From Xanthomonas campestris pv. campestris str. ATCC 33913 (GTDB lineage Bacteria > Pseudomonadota > Gammaproteobacteria > Xanthomonadales > Xanthomonadaceae), in contig NC_003902.1 in assembly GCF_000007145.1 (NCBI RefSeq), positions 4,586,497 to 4,618,496 on the forward strand: a DNA stretch of 32,000 bases, in the 5' to 3' direction. This document shows, piece by piece, positions 1-8,953 of this stretch. Under the pieces are notes generated by a model. That model was not told the DNA's origin and did no database searches. It was given only the letters and a program-made list of their open reading frames with translations. Each line of letters starts with the position of its first letter. The first letter of the stretch is position 1. The position numbers and the translations under genes were made by a program.

Positions 1-596
<596 letters not shown>

Positions 597-780
597 GGCG
601 GTGATGCGTGCGGGCAGGCGAGCGTGGTTGCATGCCAAGCGCATTGCCGGTGATCACGCTGCCGCACTGCGCTGCGTGGGCAGAACGAACGCCGCGTTTG
701 CGGGCGTGTTGAAGCCGTGCCGGTGCATGGCCGTGGCTGCACATGCTCTCGTCCATGAACGCGACTGCTGAAGTCAGAAG

Positions 781-804
781 GCCGCGCATTGCGCGGCTTT
801 CTTC
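781..804 (+). terminator. Candidate intrinsic terminator downstream of ydfG
   Basis: GCCGCGC-ATT-GCGCGGC forms a perfect 7-bp GC stem followed by TTTCTTCATT. It lies about 185 nt after the ydfG stop codon. Confidence 0.55.
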
Positions 805-956
805 ATTCGCGTCGATACGTCGAGAGATCGGTGGGTTGGTCGATCGGTAGCCGCTGCTTGTTGGCGCGATGTGGACAGACACAGCGCACGGCTGCGCGCC
901 TGTTCGGCCAACAAGGGTGTAGCGCATACCCAACGCAGGAGCCAACGCCGAGCGCG

Positions 957-2081
957 CTACGCCGGCTCGGCCACCACGGCCGAACTGCGCCGGCGAAGCA
1001 CCCTGCCGCGCAGGCGCAGGAACGGCCGCTCCACTGCGTAGTGCAACAACGCCCCGGCCAGCAGTGCGCAGACGCCGTAGACGGCGAACGCGAGGATGCC
1101 GCGCCCGTCCAGCGCCGCTCCCAGCCAGGTCTGGGTAACGTGGAACACCGCCTTGTGGGTCAGGTACAGGCTGTACGAAATGCATGCCAGCCAGGCCGCG
1201 CCCGGTACACGCAGCCTGCCGAGCGCGCTGTTGGTGGCGGTACCGGCCAGCACCAGGCATGCCAGGCCCAGCGACAACACCGGCCAGCCCACTGCATTGC
1301 CGAGCAGGCCGGTTCGGTCGCGGAACAGCCACAGCGCCAGCGCCATGACCGCCACGCCGGCCAGCGCGAAGGCGTTGCCGCGCTGCTGCAGGCGCTGCCA
1401 GGTGTGCGGGCGGAACACCTTCACCACCGCCAGCACCACGCCGGCCAGCAGGCAGTCCAGACGGTTCCAGGTGGGGTAATAGATGTCTTCGATAAACCAG
1501 TTGCGTTGCAGCCCGGCGCCGGCCGCATCCAGCGCGCTGTCATGCAGCCACACCCCCGCACGCAGCGCGATGCCTGCCACGACCACCGCGACGCACAGCA
1601 CGCCAAAGCGCAACGCCGACGGACGCCGCAGCAGTACCGTGGCCAGCAGCGGAAACAACAGATAGAAATGCTCTTCCACGCACAACGACCACGCATGCGA
1701 AAACGCGGCGTCACGGCCGTAATCGACCAGCAGATTCAGCGTAAAGGTCACAAACATCCACCACGGCGCCAGGCCCGGCGACTCGCGGAATCCCGGCCAG
1801 GCCAGGTACACCGCCAGCACCACCAGGAAGGCCGGCAAGATGCGGAAAGCGCGGCGCAGGTAGAAGTCGGTGAAATCCAGACGCTGCCCACTGGCCAGCG
1901 GCATCAGCACCTGCGTGCCGATCAGAAACCCGCTCAGCACGAAGAACAGATCCACGCCCATCCAGCCGTAGCGCGACAGCCATGCCCATTCCGGTCCCAG
2001 ACCACCGACCACGAACGCGTGGAACAGCATCACCCACACGATGGCGATACCACGCAACAGATCGAGAGCCGGATAGCGCAT
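957..2081 (-). CDS. Acyltransferase family 3 integral membrane O-acyltransferase (OafA/NolL-like)
   Basis: This 374-aa ORF is hydrophobic throughout, with multiple helices. The N-terminal LDLLRGIAIVWVMLFH and VDLFFVLSGFLI motifs are typical of Acyl_transf_3. Third-position GC is strongly high. Confidence 0.85.
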   Translation of the reverse strand: MRYPALDLLRGIAIVWVMLFHAFVVGGLGPEWAWLSRYGWMGVDLFFVLSGFLIGTQVLMPLASGQRLDFTDFYLRRAFRILPAFLVVLAVYLAWPGFRESPGLAPWWMFVTFTLNLLVDYGRDAAFSHAWSLCVEEHFYLLFPLLATVLLRRPSALRFGVLCVAVVVAGIALRAGVWLHDSALDAAGAGLQRNWFIEDIYYPTWNRLDCLLAGVVLAVVKVFRPHTWQRLQQRGNAFALAGVAVMALALWLFRDRTGLLGNAVGWPVLSLGLACLVLAGTATNSALGRLRVPGAAWLACISYSLYLTHKAVFHVTQTWLGAALDGRGILAFAVYGVCALLAGALLHYAVERPFLRLRGRVLRRRSSAVVAEPA

Positions 2082-2758
2082 GCGGGTAGAGGCAGTCGGG
2101 AGAACTCCGATTGTGCCCTAACCATCGCGGCGTTACGGATGGGTGCGCGTGCATTACGTGCAGGTGTCGCAGGCGCTGCGAGTAAACAATGCCGGCGTCA
2201 GCAGCGCACGTGCATGTGGCAATGCGCCGCAAGTGCACGCATGCCTGGATCAGAGGAAGCCTGTGCACGCATGAAAGACATGCCACTGCGCAACCACGCT
2301 GCCAGCGTGCATGCGATTCTGGCGATCGCGCGCCAACTGGCCGCCCCGCATGACGGGCGAATGATGCAAAGCAACGCAGTGCCGATGTCAGCGGCGCACG
2401 TTTGCTTGAACACTGTCGCGAGCGCATGCATGGAGCAGACGGCGGATACAGAAACGTACTCCACCGCCGCATCACGCGGCCAATCATGAAGACGCAGCCA
2501 GTGGCCCGATGAACCCTGGTGGCTCGCAGTGCTCTCACGTTAGATGGCCTTGCCTGCGCGTAGATCCAGCACGCAGCGCAGGCATACCTCCCACATGCAA
2601 CAAGGAACAGACCGCGTCACACGGTGGCCAGTTGATGCGTGCGCTATAGCCTTGCGCCCAGCACCGGCGCTTCAGCGACCAGACAAACGTGCCTGCTGCG
2701 GCAATGCATCGCGGCGCTGCTCACCTCAGCGCCGCCACATGCCAAACGCCATCGCGCC

Positions 2759-4093
2759 TCAGGCCATCGCCGGCTGCGTGCTCCGCGCATCCACGCTGAC
2801 GGGCGCGCCGGCCTCCAGTAACGCCCAGGCCTCCAGCTGGTCCACGGCCCGGCGGATGCCGTCTTCGTCGCGAATGCGTTGGCCCAGCGCAGCTGCGGCC
2901 GCACGCATGGTCGGCGTGCTGGCCTGGTCGATGGCATCGGCCAGGGCCTGCGGCAGCAACCCGTTACGTGACAACGCCGGCGGCGCCACACCGCGCTGGG
3001 CCAGGCAATGCGCCCAGAACGGTTGGTCGTAGCCGAACGGCAGCACCACCGACGGGATCCCTGCGGTCAGCGCCGCACCGGTGGTGCCGGCGCCACCGTG
3101 ATGCACGGCCACCGCCACGCGTGGGAACAACCAGTCGTGTGGCGCCTGCTCCAGATGGAAAAAGCGCGTGGCATCGTCGTCGGCGTCTTCCCCGGCCGCC
3201 AGCCCGCCCCAGCCGCTGGCCAGCAGCGCACGCTGGCCGGTCAGGCGCACCGCCGCCTTGACGGTGGCAGTGAGTTGCGCGGCATCGTTACTGGTCATGC
3301 TGCCGAAGCCGATGTACAGCGGCGGCGGCCCGGCTTGCAGAAACGCCTGCAGCGCCGCCGGCGGTTGCCACTGCGGCTGCGGCAACTGCCAGAAGCCGCA
3401 GACCTGCGCACTCTCCGGCCAGTCGGGCGGACGCGGACACAGATGCGCGCTGTAGCCATATAGCACCCGCAATGCACTGCGATCGGGCCCGCTCCACGGG
3501 TACGCCGGCAACCCCAATGCCGGGCGCACCACCTCGTTGAGCGCCGGGCGCATCAACTGCCAGCCGGCAAAGCGCATCACATGATGCAGCGCCACGCTCA
3601 CCAGCCCGGGCAGGCGCACGGTGGGCATCACCATCAACGGCAGATGGCGCGAGGCGGTCAGCGGCTGCAACTGCGCGAACACCACCGGCAGGCCATACCG
3701 CTGGCCCAGGCTATGAGCCAGGAAACTGGCGCTGCCCACGCCAAGAATCAGGCCGGCATCGGCGCAGGCGGCGCGGCCCTGGTCGGCCCAATCGCGCGCC
3801 CACTCCATCAGCTGAGCACGCAATTTGCCCCAGATGCCACGCCAGCCGCCACGCATCTCGGCGATGTCCGGATGCCCCTGCAACAGCTTCTGGTGATCGC
3901 CGCTCAGCGGGTAGAACTCCAGCCCGTTGGCAAGAATCAACGCGGCAAAGTTGGCGCTGGTCAGCACACGTACCCGATAACCACGCTGCTGCAGGCCACG
4001 GCCCAGCGCGATGATCGGGCGAACATCGCCATGCGTGCCCAGCGTGGCGATCACCACCGGGCGCTGGGATGACGCTGTGGAGGACTCAGGCAT
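2759..4093 (-). CDS. GT1-family glycosyltransferase (UDP-glycosyltransferase/MGT/RhlB-like, GT28 N-terminal domain type)
   Basis: The gene is 444 aa from ATG 4093. Its N-terminus is VVIATLGTHGDVRPIIALGRGLQQRGYRV, and the C-terminal donor-binding signature is HHGGAGTTGAALTAGIPSVVLPFGYDQPFW. I moved the start from the ORF-track 4303 to 4093 because the extra 70 aa overlap the NRPS coding region, and ATG 4093 overlaps the NRPS stop (ATGCCTGA). Confidence 0.85.
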   Translation of the reverse strand: MPESSTASSQRPVVIATLGTHGDVRPIIALGRGLQQRGYRVRVLTSANFAALILANGLEFYPLSGDHQKLLQGHPDIAEMRGGWRGIWGKLRAQLMEWARDWADQGRAACADAGLILGVGSASFLAHSLGQRYGLPVVFAQLQPLTASRHLPLMVMPTVRLPGLVSVALHHVMRFAGWQLMRPALNEVVRPALGLPAYPWSGPDRSALRVLYGYSAHLCPRPPDWPESAQVCGFWQLPQPQWQPPAALQAFLQAGPPPLYIGFGSMTSNDAAQLTATVKAAVRLTGQRALLASGWGGLAAGEDADDDATRFFHLEQAPHDWLFPRVAVAVHHGGAGTTGAALTAGIPSVVLPFGYDQPFWAHCLAQRGVAPPALSRNGLLPQALADAIDQASTPTMRAAAAALGQRIRDEDGIRRAVDQLEAWALLEAGAPVSVDARSTQPAMA

Positions 4094-7000
4094 ATTCGGC
4101 CACCCCGTCGCTGGCGGTGGTGATGCAGCCGTCGGTGCGCGCGGTTTTCGAGGTCGCCGCATGCAGCAGCGTGCTGAGCGTGGCCGAGTGCGCAGGCGAC
4201 AGCATCGAGTGGTGGTCGCTATCCAGGGTGTGCAGCTGCAGGGTGCGGACATACGGGCGCCATGCCTGCGGCCGGTAGTCCACCCACAGCGCATCGTCGC
4301 CACCGGAGGTCATGCGCACGCTGGCTTCGACGAACAGCACATCCTGCGCCAATGCACGCGGCTGGTAGCGCCGTGCCAGGTGCAGGTGATGCTGGGTCAC
4401 CGCGCCCAGATCATCCAGCAGCGTGGGGCGTTGATCGAGCAGCTGACGCACCGCCGGCAACGACATCAGCCCGTAGTGATCGCACAACAGGCTGGCGAGT
4501 TCGGCCACCGTGGTCGGCATGGGTTGTCCGTGCGCCAGGTTCAGATTGAGCGCATGCACCGAGGCACGCACGCCTTCGGATTCCGGCAACGCCGCGGCCT
4601 GCTGGCGATGCGGGTAACTGTCGAGCATGGCCAGCACCTCGACTTCCTCGCCAAGCGCATGCAGCTCGGCGGTGATCGCATGGGCGATCAGCCCGCCCAG
4701 CGACCAGCCCATCAGGCGATAGGGCCCGTGCGGCTGCACTGCGCGTAGCCGCGCCAGGTAATCGCGCGCAATCGCCTCGATGCTGTCCGGGCGGTGCAGC
4801 GGGTCGCTCAGGCCAGGCGACTGCAGCGCATACACCGGCCACTGCGGGTCGAGCTGCCCCAGCAAGGTGAGATACGACCAGCCAAGCCCCACCACCGGGT
4901 GGATGCAGAACAACGGCGTAACGCCTGCGGTGCCGGCACGCAGCGGCAGCAGCACGCCCAGTGGATCGTTCGGCGTATGGGTACTGCGCCGGACCACCTC
5001 GGCCAGCCCGGCAATGGTCGGCGCATGGAACAGCGTCCCCAGCGGCAGTTCCACCCCAAACAGCTGCGGAAAGCGTGCCGCCATTTCCGCAGCGCGCAGC
5101 GAGTCGCCGCCAAGCTCGAAGAAGTTGTCGTCCACGCCCACCACGGCAATGCCCAGCACGTCCTGCAGCATCGCTGCCAGCTGCTGTTCGAGTGCATCGC
5201 GCGGAGCCAGATGCGCACGCTGCGGCACAGCGCCCGGCGCCGGTAACGCGCGGCGATCGAGTTTGCCATTGGCCGTGAGTGGCAGCGCCTGCAACGGCAT
5301 CCACAGCGTGGGAATCATCGATGCCGGCAGGCGCTGCTGCAGATGCGCGCGCAGCAGCTCGGTGGACGGCGCGGTGCCGTGCTTGCCAACCACGTAGGCG
5401 AGCAGCTGCAACGCGTTGGCACCATCGTGATGCCCCACCACCACCGCCTGTGCCACCTGCGTATGCAGCAGCAGTGCGTTTTCGATTTCCGCCGGCTCCA
5501 CGCGGTGGCCACGGATCTTCAATTGCCCGTCCGCACGGCCGATGAATTCCAGCAGGCCGTCGCGGCGCTGACGCACGCGATCGCCGGTGCGGTACATGGT
5601 GCTGCCGTCATCGGCAAACGGGTCGTGCACAAACCGTTCGCTGGTGAGCTGCCGCTTGCCGCGATAGCCCTTGGCCACGCCCGCGCCCCCGATGTACAGC
5701 TCGCCGACCGCGCCGGTCGGCAACGGCTGCCGCTGCGCATCGAGCACGTACACGCGTGTATTGAGCAACGGCCGGCCGATCGGCGGCGCCGCCGCGTCGC
5801 TCAGCTGCAGCGGCATGATGGTCGACCAGATGGTGGTTTCGGTGGGCCCGTACAACTGGGTCAAACGGCCCACGCGGCTCAGCAGTTGCGCGGCCAGTTC
5901 GGGCACTAGGGCCTCGCCGCCGACCAGCGCATGCACGCGGTCCAGCGCCAGCTCCTGGTTGGCCAGCAGGATGCGCCACAACGACGGCGTGGCCTGCACC
6001 ACGCTGATCTGTTCGTTGGCGATCAGGCGCGAGAGGCTACGTGGATCGTGCGTAATCCCCGCAGGTGCAATGACCACGCGCGCGCCGGTCAGCAGCGGCA
6101 AATACAGTTCCAGCCCGGCGATATCGAAGGTGATGGTGGTGACCGCCAGCACGCGATCGCGCGGGCGCAATGCCAGTTCCTGCTCCATCGCATGCAGGAA
6201 ATTGGCCAGGTTGCGATGGCTGACTTCTACACCCTTGGGCACACCGGTCGAGCCGGAGGTGTACAGCACGTAGGCGGTGCCATCCGGCTGCGCCAGCGGG
6301 GCGATCGCGGCGGGCAAGACGGCCGGGCGCGGGTCAAGCCAGACCATGCCGCCGAGCAGATAGCGCTCGCACAGCGCAGGCTCGCAGACCAGCGCGATGG
6401 CACCGGAATCGTTGAGCATCTGGCGGTTACGCGCGGCCGGGCTTTCCGGGTCCAGTGGCAGATACGCCGCCCCGCTCCACATCACCGCCAGCAATGCCAC
6501 CAGCAACTGCTCGCTGCGCGGCAACGCGATGGCGACCACATCGCCCGGGCGCACACCATCGTCCACCCATTGCGCGGCGATGCGCGCGGCCAGCTCGCAC
6601 AGCGTGGCGTAATCCAGCGTGCGGTTGTCGTACTGCACCACCACCGCAGCGGGCATCAGCTCGGCACGCTGCAGCATGCCGTGCAGCAAGGTGCTCGGCT
6701 CCGGCAATGGCGCGGCGGTGGCGTTCCAGGTGTGCAGCAGACGCTGGCGCTCGGCATCGCCCAGCACATCGACCTGACCAAGCGCGCACTCCGGATCGGC
6801 GAGCACGGCATCGGCCAGATGGGTCAGACGGCGGCAATGCTCGGCCAGCTCCTCGCTGTCATACAACGCCGGGTTGGCATCCAGATCAAAGCGTAACGCT
6901 GCACCGTCGCCACGCTCGTAGCAGAAGATGGTCAGATCATCGGCCGGGCCATTGCACAGGTTATGCGGCACCGCGTAGGCCTCGCCAAACCGCAGTACAT

Positions 7001-8066
7001 AGTCGAAGGCTTCGATATTCACGGCCAGGCGTGCGAACTTCTGCTCGATGCCGAACAGGCCCAGATCGCGGCGCACATCCTCGAAGCGATATTGCTGGTG
7101 CCGCAGTGCACTCCTGACCACGGAGGCCACCTGCGCGAACAGTGCATGCACCGGCTGCTGCGGGTCCATCTTCAGACGCAGCGAAATGACATTGGCCACC
7201 AACCCGGCGGCCTGCCGGTAGCGTGCATTGATCCGGCCAGTCACCGGCATGGCCAGCACCAGGTCTTCTGCGCCGGTGCAGCGGTAGTAATACGTGGCAA
7301 TCAGCGCAATCAACATCTGCGGCAGGCTGGCACCGTAGTGCTTGCCCAGCGCCCGCAGCTGCACCACCTGCTGCGGGGAGAATTCCCCGGTGCCACGCAA
7401 CAACCCGGTGGACAGCTGGTTGCCCGGGCGCGCCAGGGTCGTCGGCGGTGGCAGGTCGGCCAGCTGCTCCATCCAGTAATTGCGATCACGCTGAAAGCGA
7501 TCAGAGTCGCGGTACTGCTGCTCCAGCTCGATCAACGACAGCGCGCTGCCGTACTCGGCAGGTGCCGGCTCGCACCCGGTGGCGTAGGCGGTATACAACA
7601 CCGCCATGCGCTGCATCATGATCGAAGCGCAATAGCCGTCCATCACCAGATGGCTCACACATTGCACCCACATGTGATGGTCTTCACCCAGACGGAAGAC
7701 TGCACATCGCCACAACGGCCCGTTCTGCAGATCCTCCGGCTTGCGGATCTCCTCTTCCACCCAATGCTCGGCCGCATTCCGTGGCGCAGGATCGTCGCTG
7801 AAGTTGAAATAATGGATCGGCGCGGTGTATTCGGGCATCACCACCTGGCTGGGCACGCCGTCGTGCTCGACGATGCATAGCCGCAGCGTGTCGAACTCGC
7901 GCGTGAGCTGCAGGCTGGCACGGAGCAACACTTCAGGATCGAGCGGGCCGAACAACTCCAATGCTTCGGACAACATCAAGGTGTTGTCGGTATGCAACTT
8001 ACTGGCCACCCACAGCCCGCGCTGCGCTCTGGTCAGGGGATGTGTCGGGGAAGAGTCAGCGTGCAT
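4086..8066 (-). CDS. Single-module nonribosomal peptide synthetase, domain order C-A-T(PCP)-TE
   Basis: The gene is 1326 aa from ATG 8066, with AAGGAA about 9 nt upstream; the ORF-track start at 8120 adds 18 aa with no RBS. The C-domain motif is SHLVMDG (His codon 7650-7652). A-domain cores are LYTSGSTGVPKGV (6231-6266), LYGPTETT, GELYIGGAGVAKGY, YRTGDRV, GRADGQLKIRGHRVEPAEIE and NGKLDRRAL. The carrier motif is FFELGGDSLRA (Ser codon 5100-5102). The thioesterase motif is GWSLGG (Ser codon 4701-4703). Confidence 0.92.
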   Translation of the reverse strand: MHADSSPTHPLTRAQRGLWVASKLHTDNTLMLSEALELFGPLDPEVLLRASLQLTREFDTLRLCIVEHDGVPSQVVMPEYTAPIHYFNFSDDPAPRNAAEHWVEEEIRKPEDLQNGPLWRCAVFRLGEDHHMWVQCVSHLVMDGYCASIMMQRMAVLYTAYATGCEPAPAEYGSALSLIELEQQYRDSDRFQRDRNYWMEQLADLPPPTTLARPGNQLSTGLLRGTGEFSPQQVVQLRALGKHYGASLPQMLIALIATYYYRCTGAEDLVLAMPVTGRINARYRQAAGLVANVISLRLKMDPQQPVHALFAQVASVVRSALRHQQYRFEDVRRDLGLFGIEQKFARLAVNIEAFDYVLRFGEAYAVPHNLCNGPADDLTIFCYERGDGAALRFDLDANPALYDSEELAEHCRRLTHLADAVLADPECALGQVDVLGDAERQRLLHTWNATAAPLPEPSTLLHGMLQRAELMPAAVVVQYDNRTLDYATLCELAARIAAQWVDDGVRPGDVVAIALPRSEQLLVALLAVMWSGAAYLPLDPESPAARNRQMLNDSGAIALVCEPALCERYLLGGMVWLDPRPAVLPAAIAPLAQPDGTAYVLYTSGSTGVPKGVEVSHRNLANFLHAMEQELALRPRDRVLAVTTITFDIAGLELYLPLLTGARVVIAPAGITHDPRSLSRLIANEQISVVQATPSLWRILLANQELALDRVHALVGGEALVPELAAQLLSRVGRLTQLYGPTETTIWSTIMPLQLSDAAAPPIGRPLLNTRVYVLDAQRQPLPTGAVGELYIGGAGVAKGYRGKRQLTSERFVHDPFADDGSTMYRTGDRVRQRRDGLLEFIGRADGQLKIRGHRVEPAEIENALLLHTQVAQAVVVGHHDGANALQLLAYVVGKHGTAPSTELLRAHLQQRLPASMIPTLWMPLQALPLTANGKLDRRALPAPGAVPQRAHLAPRDALEQQLAAMLQDVLGIAVVGVDDNFFELGGDSLRAAEMAARFPQLFGVELPLGTLFHAPTIAGLAEVVRRSTHTPNDPLGVLLPLRAGTAGVTPLFCIHPVVGLGWSYLTLLGQLDPQWPVYALQSPGLSDPLHRPDSIEAIARDYLARLRAVQPHGPYRLMGWSLGGLIAHAITAELHALGEEVEVLAMLDSYPHRQQAAALPESEGVRASVHALNLNLAHGQPMPTTVAELASLLCDHYGLMSLPAVRQLLDQRPTLLDDLGAVTQHHLHLARRYQPRALAQDVLFVEASVRMTSGGDDALWVDYRPQAWRPYVRTLQLHTLDSDHHSMLSPAHSATLSTLLHAATSKTARTDGCITTASDGVAEYA

Positions 8067-8953
8067 TGATGTGCGTTCCTTGTTGTTGGCGTGCAGTGAT
8101 CCAGCGCGTTCCCACCGCATTGCAGCATCAGGATGCAGGCGAGACCTTGCTGCCTTGTAAGATCATGGGGGTGAGCAACACCATCGATCACCGACATCTT
8201 CCGGCAATACGCGATGGAAACGCACAATGGAGACGCACACGAACGCGACGCACAGTCGACTGAATTGCAGTTGACTGTTAAAAGCCCCTTGCGTCGATAC
8301 AAGTTAATAAACACTAACAATCTGTGCACGCAATAAACCGTGCAAAAATCACGGTTTTCGCGTCGTGCGCAAATATTTTTACCGAAGCGTGATTTGAACT
8401 AGTGTTATTGATGCATAGGTCGCGCGCGCGCACTTCGCGATCGCAGCTGCCGCAGAAGCGCCTGATAAAGGCTGCATTCGTGCACTCAAGCCTCCACGCA
8501 TACTCGGAGTCTTCATCCATCGCAACGCATCGGATGGAGGCTCGAGTAAGACCACTTTGCGTAACGCTATTGGTATAACTGCGCCGCAGAGCGAATCACT
8601 TACCGAAATCGGACGGGCTCCAGAGAGCGGCGAACGTTTTAGCAAGCATGGCGTGTCCTCGCACGATCATCTGACAGTCGCCGAACTGTCATCGGCGGGT
8701 AGCAACCTTCGGGAACAACGCGCAGCGATTGCCTACGCCTTCTCGGCACACGCATGCGGCCAATGGCAGGCCTTACGCACAAGAAAGTGCGGCGTTGGTC
8801 ACTCTAATCGGTCGATGCGCATCGCGCGTGGCGCGGGCGTGTGAATGCATTACCCGGCTTGGAGAAGGCTGACAAGTGCACCCTGCTCCGTGGCAGGCAT
8901 GCGCACACACCACCCCCACTGCGCTGCGGCACTTGCCGCAGCGCAGCTGCCCA

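Noticed and set aside
789-2489. A 566-aa plus-strand ORF, along with other long ORFs such as 541..1332(-) and 1711..2538(-)
   Set aside because: It lies antisense to, or overlaps, the well-supported acyltransferase gene. The translation is an Arg/Gln/His/Ala-rich low-complexity string with no motifs. This is the typical shadow ORF of GC-rich DNA.
4094-4303. A 70-aa N-terminal extension of the glycosyltransferase ORF (ORF-track start 4303)
   Set aside because: The extension lies inside the NRPS thioesterase coding region in another frame and is Arg/Cys/Pro-rich. The GT fold begins right after Met at 4093, which overlaps the NRPS stop.
8314-8844. ORFs 8314..8520(-) and 8557..8844(+) in the lower-GC region upstream of the NRPS (checked as possible MbtH-like or regulator genes)
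   Set aside because: There is no RBS and no MbtH signature (conserved Trp pattern). Codon usage is unlike neighbouring genes, and the sequences look non-protein-like.
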